DNA of 64,000 bases, from positions 4,448,001 through 4,512,000 of the forward strand of contig OY759353.1 in NCBI GenBank assembly GCA_963662315.1, in the 5' to 3' direction. Positions within the stretch are counted from its first letter, which is position 1. Every line of letters starts with the position of its first letter. The notes below the pieces were generated by a model. The model saw only the letters and a program-made list of their open reading frames with translations, was not told the DNA's origin and did not search any database. The translations under genes were made by a program, and so were the position numbers. This document shows, piece by piece, positions 1 to 9,001 of this stretch. The DNA comes from Geopsychrobacteraceae bacterium (GTDB taxonomy: Bacteria > Desulfobacterota > Desulfuromonadia > Desulfuromonadales > Geopsychrobacteraceae).

Positions 1-270
1 CATGGACGCCCAACGCAATTTGGGTGGGAAGCTATCTGCAATGAAGGTCATGGCGATATGCTTTTCGTCGGCATAACAAGCGATACCGCCAAACAGCATG
101 GCCAGGCTGACCAGGAATGAAGTTGTTTCATGCACCCACATGGTTGGGGCGTTAAACAGGTAGCGCATGACAACTTCGTAAAAAGCAATAAGGACCACGA
201 TCAAAAACAGGATCGAGACAAAGTGGCCCGCGCGGACAAAAATACGATCGATTACCAGACTCGGTTTCAT
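1..270 (-). CDS. dctQ: TRAP transporter small permease (DctQ), truncated by the window edge
   Basis: Manual translation MKPSLVIDRIFVRAGHFVSILFLIVVLIAFYEVVMRYLFNAPTMWVHE... has the DctQ V-x-RY-x-F-x-P-x-W-x-E pattern; follows dctP; RBS AAGGTG. Confidence 0.85.
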   Translation of the reverse strand, partial: MKPSLVIDRIFVRAGHFVSILFLIVVLIAFYEVVMRYLFNAPTMWVHETTSFLVSLAMLFGGIACYADEKHIAMTFIADSFPPKLRWASM

Positions 271-297
271 TGGATCTTCACCTTGAGCTGAAACAGA

Positions 298-334
298 CAG
301 ACGCGGACTGCACTTTGGCCGCGGTCCGCGTCTG
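298..334 (-). other. Intergenic GC-rich stem-loop after dctP (probable mRNA-stabilising hairpin)
   Basis: CAGACGCGGACTGC ... GCGGTCCGCGTCTG inverted repeat, no U-tract. Confidence 0.6.
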
Positions 335-355
335 AATGTAATGACAACTAACGGC

Positions 356-1369
356 TTAGTTCATACCTTGAGATGCCAGGTATTTTTGCAGGGCATCATA
401 GTACATCTTGCCGATTTCAGATTTTTTGGCAGTTTCTTCCCAGATTTCACGTGCAAACCCGCGAACTTTGGCTTTTTCTTCATCGCTCCATGCGATCGGC
501 TCAATGCCTTTTTTGACGGCGTCGCTGTAAGCGATACGGTCTTCGTAGTGAGGACGCAGCATTGAGTCGAGAGCCATACCTTTGAAGAACATCTGCATGA
601 AAATCTGATCATTTTCTGGCAGAGCGTTCCACTCTTGAAGGTTCATGATGATATGAACGGTCGGTGAGGAGTGGATACCTGGGTAGATCGGGTATTTGGC
701 GATATCCAGAACACCAGTTTTGAAGTTACCGGAGAAGGTGGTGTAGTCAGCAGCGTCGATAACGCCTTTTTCCAGCGCGGTATAAACTTCGGAGCTGGGC
801 AGACCTACCGGAGCAGCACCCATTTTAGCGAACAGTTTGTGGATCGGACCGGATGGAGCACGCATTTTGACGCCTTTGAAGTCGTCAACACCTTTGAGAG
901 GCTTTTTCGATGGCAGTGATTCGGCACCGGTCATGACAACGCCGATCAGTTTGGCACCGTAAGCGTTGAAGATTTTATCAACAACTTCCATACCACCACC
1001 GAAGTAGTAGAATTTGAACATGTCTTCGTCGGTATTCCAGGCACTGATGGTATCACCGATCAGACCGAAACCTGCGTCATCACCTGAATACCATGCTGAG
1101 GTAGAAACAGCACCGTCGATGATTTTGTTACGGACGCCAGTCAGCAGGTCAGATGACTTAACAACAGCATCAAGAGGCAGGAGGTCGATACGAATACGAC
1201 CATTAGAAGCTTTTTCGACAGCGTCAGTCCACTTTTTCTGAACTTCGTACGAGGGTTCACCGGCGGCATTGGTGCTGGCGAATTTGAGAGTGAGTGGCGC
1301 TGCAAACGCACTGGATGCAATCATGCAGAACGACAGGATCAGCAAGCTCACCTTTGACAACTTCTTCAT
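356..1369 (-). CDS. dctP: TRAP transporter substrate-binding protein (DctP)
   Basis: Signal peptide ending AFA; KGVKMRAP and EVYTALEKGVIDA DctP motifs. Confidence 0.92.
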   Translation of the reverse strand: MKKLSKVSLLILSFCMIASSAFAAPLTLKFASTNAAGEPSYEVQKKWTDAVEKASNGRIRIDLLPLDAVVKSSDLLTGVRNKIIDGAVSTSAWYSGDDAGFGLIGDTISAWNTDEDMFKFYYFGGGMEVVDKIFNAYGAKLIGVVMTGAESLPSKKPLKGVDDFKGVKMRAPSGPIHKLFAKMGAAPVGLPSSEVYTALEKGVIDAADYTTFSGNFKTGVLDIAKYPIYPGIHSSPTVHIIMNLQEWNALPENDQIFMQMFFKGMALDSMLRPHYEDRIAYSDAVKKGIEPIAWSDEEKAKVRGFAREIWEETAKKSEIGKMYYDALQKYLASQGMN

Positions 1370-1425
1370 CTTCGTCTCCTTTGTGTGTGTGACCAGTTAT
1401 TGAGTAAAACAGGCAGGTCAGTCGA

Positions 1426-2190
1426 TTAAACTGCTGCCAACATTCCACCATCTACGAATACCAGATGGCCATTAACAAAATCAGAAGCTTTGGAACTTAA
1501 GAATACGGCTGCCCCGATGAGTTCTTCCGGGTTACCCCAGCGGTTAGCCGGTGTCCGGTTGCACAGCCAAGCAGTAAATTCTTCATTTTCGACCAGGGCT
1601 TTGGTCATTTCGCTTTTGAAGTATCCGGGAGCGATGCCATTGACCTGGATATTGTAGCGGGCCAGTTCAACACACATGCCGCGGGTCAGCATCTTGACGG
1701 CGCCCTTTGAGGCTGCGTAGGGGGTGATGGTGTCACGACCCAGTTCAGACTGCATGGAGCAGATATTGATGATCTTGCCTGCTTGACGCTTGACCATGTA
1801 TTCACCAACAACCTGAGAAACCAGAAAAACCGATTTCTGGTTAACGTTGATGACCTGATCCCACTCTTCTTCCGGAAACTCAAGGAAGGGGTGACGGCGC
1901 TGAATGCCGGCGTTATTAATAAGGATGTCGATAGGCCCGACCGTGTCCTCTATTGTTTTGACTCCGTCAATAATGGCCTGTTTACTGGTGACGTCAAAGG
2001 CGACAGCAACAGCATCATAGCCTTCTGCCACTAACTCCTGAGCCGCTTTTTCGGCGCGCTCCTGCGTGATGTCGTTGATGACAATGCTGGCGCCATGGGC
2101 TGCCAGACCTTTAGCCAGCAAATTGCCGATTCCCTGGGCAGAACCAGTGATCAGGGCTCTACGATTTTTCAGATCGAAAAGATTTTCCAC
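1426..2190 (-). CDS. idnO: Gluconate 5-dehydrogenase (SDR family)
   Basis: TGSAQGIG, NNAGIQRRHP, ICSMQSELGRDTITPYAASKG are characteristic IdnO/Gno motifs; GTG start. Confidence 0.93.
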   Translation of the reverse strand: MENLFDLKNRRALITGSAQGIGNLLAKGLAAHGASIVINDITQERAEKAAQELVAEGYDAVAVAFDVTSKQAIIDGVKTIEDTVGPIDILINNAGIQRRHPFLEFPEEEWDQVINVNQKSVFLVSQVVGEYMVKRQAGKIINICSMQSELGRDTITPYAASKGAVKMLTRGMCVELARYNIQVNGIAPGYFKSEMTKALVENEEFTAWLCNRTPANRWGNPEELIGAAVFLSSKASDFVNGHLVFVDGGMLAAV

Positions 2191-2279
2191 TTTAACACTC
2201 CGTCTGGATAAGTATGAAACATACCTGCAGGTGCAGATTTTCTATAAATGCTGCACCTGCAAGTATCAAGAGTAGCAGA

Positions 2280-3323
2280 TCAGTCGAAAGATACCTGGAC
2301 TTTGATCGCTTTAGTTTTGTCGGTGGCCAGTTCAATAGCTTCGACAATATCTTTATAGTTGAAAATTTTGGTCAGCAGGGGACGGGGGTCGACCAGCCCT
2401 TTTTCGAGCCAGCGTACCGCTGTGACATATTCGTTGGTGAAACGGAATGAACCGACGAAACGGATTTCTTTGACCAGGAATTTCGTCAGCGGAAAGTCGA
2501 CCATTCCAGGGCGCATACCAACCTGAACCATGACACCTCCAGCTTTGGTCAGCTCAATGTTACCCTGAATCGCCGGGATCGCACCGGACGCTTCAAAACT
2601 GGCGTCGAAATAACCTTTGCCGGCCTTGAATTGACTCATGTCGTCTGTTGCCGGGTTGTAGGCCGCATCAGCACCCATCAGTAGAGCCAGTTCGCGACTT
2701 TTGTCAACCAGATCGGTTGCCACGATTTCACTGGCACCGGCAGCTTTGCAGGCGGCAATGACCAGACACCCGATTGGGCCAGCGCCGGTAACCAGAACTC
2801 TTTTGCCCAGCAGGCTACCTGCCTGGTTCACAGCGTTAATAGCAACCGCCAGTGGCTCGGTGAAGGCCATAACATCGTCATCAGCATTGTCATCGTAGGG
2901 GATGCACTGATCAGGACGCACAACAACATATTCTGAGAAAGCGCCATCAACGTGAGGGTTAAGCATCGCACTGCCGAAGAAGCGCATATCCAGGCACTGG
3001 TTGCTGCGGCCGCTCAGGCAGTATTCGCAGCTGTTGCAGGGACGACTCGGGTTTACGGCAATTTTCTTCCCGTTGCGCTCATCGTCAGTCACCATGATAC
3101 CGATGACCTCATGCCCCAGAACCATGGGATGTTGTAATTTAAAGTCGCCGACGCCACCTTCCTGGTAATAGTGAATATCTGAACCACAGATGCCGCCACG
3201 AGTAATTTTTACGAGAATTTCTTCGTCTTTGTTGTACTCAACAGTTTTTCTGCCAATGTAAAGATCTTTTTTCCCCTGAACATAACAGGCATCAAAGCTG
3301 ATGGTCTCTTTTGCTGATGTCAT
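2280..3323 (-). CDS. idnD: L-idonate 5-dehydrogenase (Zn-dependent MDR)
   Basis: GGICGSDIHYY, GHE, MRFFGSAMLNPHVDG, GSFRF; start moved to ATG 3323 (RBS GAGGTG). Confidence 0.9.
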   Translation of the reverse strand: MTSAKETISFDACYVQGKKDLYIGRKTVEYNKDEEILVKITRGGICGSDIHYYQEGGVGDFKLQHPMVLGHEVIGIMVTDDERNGKKIAVNPSRPCNSCEYCLSGRSNQCLDMRFFGSAMLNPHVDGAFSEYVVVRPDQCIPYDDNADDDVMAFTEPLAVAINAVNQAGSLLGKRVLVTGAGPIGCLVIAACKAAGASEIVATDLVDKSRELALLMGADAAYNPATDDMSQFKAGKGYFDASFEASGAIPAIQGNIELTKAGGVMVQVGMRPGMVDFPLTKFLVKEIRFVGSFRFTNEYVTAVRWLEKGLVDPRPLLTKIFNYKDIVEAIELATDKTKAIKVQVSFD

Positions 3324-3449
3324 AGTGCACCTCGCTAGCAAAGTTGTCTCCTTTTTCCACGATGACCCGTTATCTGAGGCTGTTGTCCGGCAGGAATAAA
3401 CGCTCATGCCGACGGTCGAATCAAAGGACTGGAAACAAAATTAATTCTG

Positions 3450-3505
3450 TATTATGATCATTACATAATATGATTCTTTTTAAGCTAACTAGGGCTTCAG
3501 GTCAA
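3450..3505 (-). promoter_or_regulatory. Putative sigma70 promoter of the idn operon with a downstream operator-like palindrome
   Basis: Minus-strand TTGACC-N17-TAAAAA (3505-3477); inverted repeat TATTATG-N7-CATAATA at 3450-3470; related CATAATTATG at 3703-3712. Confidence 0.45.
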
Positions 3506-3818
3506 CTTTAAAATTATTTTCTGCACAATCTTTTTGCCTGGTCTTGACTGGTACGCTGGTCTCAATTTTCAAGTAAGGCAATCACGCTGTTTTCTGCGCT
3601 TGATGGCTTTTTTTTAGGCAGATTCTGTAGAGTAAAACATGATCTCCACGCACGGCGAATCGGGTGCTTTTGAACTGGTTTTTCTGCAGTTAGCCGAGTT
3701 GTCATAATTATGTTTGTCGGATGGAACAGTTCTCTGTGAAGGCACAAAAAGCAGATTTCCAGCTTTTTATATGGATGAGCTGTTTGGTAATTTCTTTTTC
3801 AGAAGGATAGGATCTAAG

Positions 3819-5984
3819 ATGGATAAAAAGTTTGCAGATCTCGTCATTGACGAGGAGTATAATTCTTATCGTGAATGTATTCAGGGATTGTCTAATGAGC
3901 CAATTTGTGTTTTGGCCGCCATCAATAAGGCCTGGGATTATGTCCGGGCGCTTGACCCTGCTCTTGATCCGGGTGAAGTTACTCTTGAAGACATCGTCGA
4001 ACGTCTGGTTGCCAATCGTCCACGTATTGCTATTATCACCGGTTCCCTGGATCATCCCGCTCATTTGCGTGATGATATGCATATCAGCCTGGCGACCCTG
4101 CGTATCTGGCACAATGGTGGTCTGCCTTTTGTCTTTGGTATCCCGGTTATCTGTGATGGTACCGCCCAGAGTAATATTGGTCAGAGCTACTCGCTGGCAT
4201 CGCGGAATCATACGGCCACAGCGGTCAATATCACCTTTGAAGGCCATTCTTATCACGCCGCCTATGTCCTTTCCAGTTGTGACAAGTTCCCGGCTGCCGT
4301 GCTTTCCGGTCTGGCTGCTGCTGACGTCGCCCGCTCTCACCCGGAGCGTAAACAGGCTCCGGTCTGGGCTGTCTTTGTTCCGGAACATGTGCTTAAAGGT
4401 GGTTCAATCCCTGCCGGAACCAAAGCTCAACTTGATGCCCTGATGGAGCGTTCCCGCGCTGCCGGACATGCCGATCTGGCCGACGATATTGCGGAAAATA
4501 TGCGCTATATTCTGCAGTGCTCCTCTGGCGAGGCGTTCCTTGGCCAGATGCATCGTGCTGTTCAGCTTGATCTGATTGGTGAGGAAGAGGCACGCGAAAT
4601 TCTGAATGCCCTGGCTGCAGCAACCTGTGACAAAAAGGGTGGGGTGTGCGCTTTCAATGGTACTGGAAACTCATCCCGGACCTTGATTTCGGCCCTTGGC
4701 TTTGCACCGCCTGAAGCGGAATTGCTGATTGATGCACCGGCGCCTGAAATTGTTGCCAAGGCCGTCGATATGTTGTTTAACAGTTTGAATAAGGACGAGC
4801 TGCGCGTTACCAATGTGATTGGGAGAAACTTTAAAAATGCCGTGCGTCTGCATAATACCACCGGTTCTTCTTCCAATATCCTGCTCCACTTGCCGGCCAT
4901 TTTGCGATACGCCGGTTTCGATATTTCTATCCTTGATTATGAAAAAGTGCGTAAAGAGACTCCGGTACCGGAACTGTTTGCTCACAGTCTGACCGACAAT
5001 CGCGATACTTTTGTCCTGGCCCAACAGTTTTTGAAGGGGCAGAATCATGGCATCGACAGTATCTACCGGATTCTGAGTGATCTCGGTATTGCTATGGATC
5101 TTGATGCACCGACCATGACCGGGAAAACCTGGGGTGAGCGGATCACTGCGTTCGAGTCCCCTATCGATCCCGCATTGGGTGATAAGTCAGTAATTCGCAC
5201 CACGCCGGTGCGTCAGACATCCGGTGTAGAGGTTCTGCGTGGCAACTTCATGTCTACCGCTATTGTCAAGCTGGCCGGTATGACCGATCGTCAGCTGGCG
5301 CGCTTTAACGATCAGTTGTTGTTTGTTCGTTATTACGAGAATGAGCATCTGTGTATTGATGAAATTTCTTCACCGAAGCTTCTCGATATGCTGGGCAGCC
5401 TTGTCGAAAAGCAGCCGGAAGTATTGATTAAGTCCATCTTGAAGCACAACTCAAAAGGCGAGTTTACGACATTTGACCGTGCAAACATCTATCAATTGGT
5501 TGCTTCGGGAGCCTTGTCATTTGCTTTTGTTATCGCCGGGCAGGGACCTCGAGCTTTCGGCATGCCGGAAATGTTTGCTCCAGCTCATCACCTGAAGCAT
5601 CACTCGATTCTTGAAGCATCGTCAATCCTGATGACCGATGGCCGTTATTCTGGGGTTACCAAGGGGGCCTGTGTCGGCCACGTGACCCCTGAAGCTTTTG
5701 GCGGCGGTGGTATTGGTTCCCTGGTTGATGGTGATATCCTGCGTTTCAATCTGCATGATCATCGCCTTGACGTTGTTAATGTTGAGGAACTGATGAGCGG
5801 TAGTCTGATCGAATATGCTGAGTTGCCTGATCGTAAGGAGCTGGTTGCCGAGCGTCAGACGGCAATGGTTGAGCGGATGAAGCAGATTGCTGCAAGTAAC
5901 TTGATGAGTGATGTTACCAGTGCAGAAAAAGGGTGTGTTCCGGCTGCTGTTGATATGCGCGCGACCAATCCGTTACCTAAATGA
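3819..5984 (+). CDS. Divergent IlvD/Edd-family dehydratase (probable sugar-acid dehydratase), 721 aa
   Basis: ICDG, SCDK, GVCAFNGTGNS, GPRAFGMPEM, TDGRYSG and GHVTPEA motifs; start chosen at ATG 3819. Confidence 0.8.
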   Translation: MDKKFADLVIDEEYNSYRECIQGLSNEPICVLAAINKAWDYVRALDPALDPGEVTLEDIVERLVANRPRIAIITGSLDHPAHLRDDMHISLATLRIWHNGGLPFVFGIPVICDGTAQSNIGQSYSLASRNHTATAVNITFEGHSYHAAYVLSSCDKFPAAVLSGLAAADVARSHPERKQAPVWAVFVPEHVLKGGSIPAGTKAQLDALMERSRAAGHADLADDIAENMRYILQCSSGEAFLGQMHRAVQLDLIGEEEAREILNALAAATCDKKGGVCAFNGTGNSSRTLISALGFAPPEAELLIDAPAPEIVAKAVDMLFNSLNKDELRVTNVIGRNFKNAVRLHNTTGSSSNILLHLPAILRYAGFDISILDYEKVRKETPVPELFAHSLTDNRDTFVLAQQFLKGQNHGIDSIYRILSDLGIAMDLDAPTMTGKTWGERITAFESPIDPALGDKSVIRTTPVRQTSGVEVLRGNFMSTAIVKLAGMTDRQLARFNDQLLFVRYYENEHLCIDEISSPKLLDMLGSLVEKQPEVLIKSILKHNSKGEFTTFDRANIYQLVASGALSFAFVIAGQGPRAFGMPEMFAPAHHLKHHSILEASSILMTDGRYSGVTKGACVGHVTPEAFGGGGIGSLVDGDILRFNLHDHRLDVVNVEELMSGSLIEYAELPDRKELVAERQTAMVERMKQIAASNLMSDVTSAEKGCVPAAVDMRATNPLPK

Positions 5985-6012
5985 GGTGACGGGTAAGCCG
6001 TAGGCTGTAAGC

Positions 6013-6062
6013 AAAAAGGCCCGTTGAGTTCGATGAATAAATCGGATTCAACGGGCCTTTTT
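6013..6062. terminator. Bidirectional rho-independent terminator
   Basis: AAAAAGGCCCGTTGA...TCAACGGGCCTTTTT between convergent genes. Confidence 0.85.
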
Positions 6063-6140
6063 GTTTACTTTTGTTGACCAGGACAAAAGTAAGGTGCAGT
6101 TCGGGGGCGAGACCCCCTAGGTTTTGGTCTAAGCCTTTGA
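6054..6140 (+). repeat. Dispersed palindromic (REP-like) element, copy 1
   Basis: CCTTTTTGtTTACTTTT...GACAAAAGT...CGGGGGCGAGACCCC; similar to the reverse complement of 49710-49800. Confidence 0.5.
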
Positions 6141-6158
6141 TTATATGAAAACAGAATT

Positions 6159-6568
6159 TTATTCAACTTCGTAGGGTAAATGTTTCCTGATCAGATCTGC
6201 CTCAGCCTGTAACCCGCGTTTTTCCAGTTCTTTAACAAATACCGGCCATGGTGGGATTTTGCTCATGTAGGGTTCCGGGCCGTCAGACATGCCGCCGCCC
6301 GGTGCGCTGGACAGACCGCCACCCGGTTCGGTCGAAAGTCCTCCCCCTGGCCCTGTGTAGAGGCCGCCACCCGGTTCCGTAGACAAGCCACCGCCCGCTC
6401 GGTTGAGAGACCTCCGCCTTCTTTTTCTGACAACCCTCCTCCTGGTGCTGTAGACATGCCGCCACCCGGTTTGGTTGAGGCGCCACAATCGGAGATTGTA
6501 GATAGACCACCTCCCGGACTTTTAGACATACCGCCGCCAGGACCTGTGTATTGATTTCTGTTCCACAT
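6159..6568 (-). pseudogene. Gly-rich octapeptide-repeat (STxPGGGL) protein with a single-base frameshift at ~6397
   Basis: Two overlapping ORFs carry the same repeat; adding one base (GAG CcG GGC) joins them into a 136-aa protein; RBS GGAGG. Confidence 0.75.
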
Positions 6569-6728
6569 TGTTAATATCCTCCATGCTCATCGTTGAATTA
6601 TTGCTGCCATCATAATCGAGAAACATCTTCTGTAATGTGATTCTCATGATATTTATGAATGTTGTAGCTCATAGACAGTGCCGCTAGTGTGGTCTTTTGC
6701 CACTGTGGCTTACCGGTTGTTCTTGTTT

Positions 6729-7349
6729 TTATTCCTCGTAAAGCAAAGCAACTCCAAAGCTGATAAACGACAGGCCCGTCAGCTTGTTGAAAGGATATCG
6801 CGAACTGCTTTTGGCCAGGTAGGGAGCCGTCCTGGCGGCAAGGCAGGCATAAAGCATTAAGACGCAGAATGAAATTCCTTCAATGGTCAATATCAGCGTG
6901 AGAAACTGAGGTAGGAATGCCCTGCCTTGATCGATAAAGTGGGGAAATAAAGCGGTGAAGAAGGCTATGGCTTTCGGGTTGGCAATACCGACATAAAATC
7001 CTTCCTTCAAAACAGCAGGGGAAGATCTATGCTTTTTACGACCAGCTTCCAGATTCGGCAGGTTTTGTTGAGGGGTCTTCCAGGCCTTAAGACCCAGGTA
7101 TACCAGATACCCGCATCCGACCAGCTTTATGGTTGCGAACACAGCGGTGGAGGCAAGAATGATCGCCCCCAACCCCAGAGCCGAGAAGGATGCGAGCATC
7201 ACCATGGCAATAAAGTTACCAATAATATTTGCTGTCGCCACCTTGAATCCGTACTGGAGGCTGTTTTTTACCGTCAGCACCACTGCCGGCCCGGGAATTA
7301 TGACCACCGTGAGGGCCAGGGCGACAAAAAGCGAATAATTATTAATCAT
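6729..7349 (-). CDS. LysE/RhtB-family amino-acid efflux translocator
   Basis: IIPGPAV, GCGYLVYLG, ANPKAIAFF motifs. Confidence 0.9.
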   Translation of the reverse strand: MINNYSLFVALALTVVIIPGPAVVLTVKNSLQYGFKVATANIIGNFIAMVMLASFSALGLGAIILASTAVFATIKLVGCGYLVYLGLKAWKTPQQNLPNLEAGRKKHRSSPAVLKEGFYVGIANPKAIAFFTALFPHFIDQGRAFLPQFLTLILTIEGISFCVLMLYACLAARTAPYLAKSSSRYPFNKLTGLSFISFGVALLYEE

Positions 7350-7392
7350 AAGCGTAATCAATATGGAAAGAGTCAGTTCCTATAACCTTCGT

Positions 7393-7530
7393 TTACCAAT
7401 GCTCAAAATGAATCATGTCCGCAAGGGCTTTCCGGTGCTTTTCTTTTATCTGTGGATTATGAACACTGACAAAGTACCACGGTTGGGTGCGGCGCCTGAT
7501 GCTGCGGCGTTGCGCAATAGCTTTCAGCAT
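7393..7530 (-). pseudogene. Internally deleted nitroreductase remnant (45-aa open frame)
   Basis: MLKAIAQRRSIRRRTQPWYFVSVHNPQIKEKHRKALADMIHFEHW with RBS AGGAGG; RRSIR, QPW-F and the C-terminal RK-L---IH-E-W are nitroreductase motifs. Confidence 0.65.
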
Positions 7531-7696
7531 GGTTCCTCCTGAAGATCTTTTATTCTCATCAGATTAATGTAAAGAGCAGGGTTAATCATCTATTTTTTGT
7601 TTCCTGAGCAGACGGATAATATGTGAACTGAACGTGCTATGCTTAAAACAGGCGTCTCTGAAAGGGTGGTCAATAAATAAGGAAGGGCGTGGTTCT

Positions 7697-8893
7697 ATGG
7701 TCAATTTTGCAGAATTTTTTCTTACCCTTGGAGGCATCTTTCTGCTAGCTCTGCTGACCGACTTGATTGGCCGCAAAACTTTTCTGCCGCGAGTATCACT
7801 ACTGATCCTGCTTGGAGTCATAATCGGCCCTTCGGGCCTGGATATAGTTCCGGTTAATGGCTATGCCTGGTTTCCAGCGGTTGCTGATATGGCCCTGGTC
7901 ATGATCGGATTTCTGGTTGGCGGGCAGTTGACAACGGCTTTTCTCAGATCCTCGGGAAAAGAGGTTCTTCATATCTCTCTGACCATGGTGATTATCACCA
8001 TCGTAATCGTAACGGCAGGATTGATGTTTCTGGGCATGCCACTTGAAGCGGCGCTGTTGCTCGGAGCAATTGCCACGTCAACCGATCCGGCCGCCACGGT
8101 GGACGTCGTCAGCGAAACCAATGCCAAGGGGGCGTTCAGTAATACCCTGATAGGTATTGTCGGGGTTGATGATCTGTGGGGTATTATTTTCTTTACCCTG
8201 GTACTTTCGTTGGTTATGGCCTTTACTCATGCCCAGGGGATCGCTGCCATTGTCGCGACGGGGCTGTGGGATATGGGCGGTGCCATTGTTCTTGGTATCA
8301 GCGTCGGTTTACCCATGGCATTTCTGACGGGCAGGGTGCGATCAGGTGAACCAACCCAGGTAGAAGCCCTCGGTTTTGTGTTTTTATGCGCCGGGCTTGC
8401 TTTCCGGTTGGAGGTATCTTTCCTGTTGTCAGCCATGACCCTGGGAGCCGTTGTCACAAATCTTGCCAGCCACCATAACCGTCCTTTTCATGCGATCGAA
8501 GGGATCGAATGGCCGTTTCTGGCGCTATTCTTTGTGCTGTCCGGAGCCTCTTTGCGACTGGAAACGCTACTTAGTGCCGGCCATATTTTTATTCTTTATG
8601 TTATGTTGCGGATTATTGGCCGCTTCTTTGGGGTCAAATTAGGTGCGGCGTATAGCCATGCTGCGCCTAATATCAGCCGTTACATGTGGCAGGCCCTGCT
8701 TCCGCAAGCCGGAGTTGCACTGGGGATGGCCCTTTTTGCCTGCCAAAGATTCCCGCATCTGCAGGCTACCATTATGCCGGTGGTGATCAGTGGTACAATT
8801 ATTTTTGAACTGATTGGACCGATCATGACCAAACATGCCCTGGTTTACAGTGGCGATGCCGGGCAAGGGGAACGTAAAGAAGCAAGGGACTGA
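7697..8893 (+). CDS. Cation:proton antiporter (Na+/H+ exchanger family)
   Basis: Highly hydrophobic; ATSTDPAAT, GVDD, FFVLSGASL, LLPQAGVALG motifs. Confidence 0.88.
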   Translation: MVNFAEFFLTLGGIFLLALLTDLIGRKTFLPRVSLLILLGVIIGPSGLDIVPVNGYAWFPAVADMALVMIGFLVGGQLTTAFLRSSGKEVLHISLTMVIITIVIVTAGLMFLGMPLEAALLLGAIATSTDPAATVDVVSETNAKGAFSNTLIGIVGVDDLWGIIFFTLVLSLVMAFTHAQGIAAIVATGLWDMGGAIVLGISVGLPMAFLTGRVRSGEPTQVEALGFVFLCAGLAFRLEVSFLLSAMTLGAVVTNLASHHNRPFHAIEGIEWPFLALFFVLSGASLRLETLLSAGHIFILYVMLRIIGRFFGVKLGAAYSHAAPNISRYMWQALLPQAGVALGMALFACQRFPHLQATIMPVVISGTIIFELIGPIMTKHALVYSGDAGQGERKEARD

Positions 8894-8944
8894 AGAAGGG
8901 TGAGTCTAAAAGAAAAATTTGGCAATGTCTGGATTCGGAAATTC

Positions 8945-8980
8945 AAAAAAAGTGCGAAACCTTGCGGCTTCGCACTTTTT
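8945..8980. terminator. Bidirectional terminator
   Basis: AAAAAAAGTGCGAA...TTCGCACTTTTT between convergent genes. Confidence 0.85.
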
Positions 8981-9001
8981 AGTGAATATACTCCGCTCAG
9001 A

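Noticed and set aside
6270..6550. 24-bp periodic repeats as a CRISPR array or integron cassette
   Set aside because: No unique spacers, cas genes or attC site; the periodicity is explained by the coding octapeptide repeat
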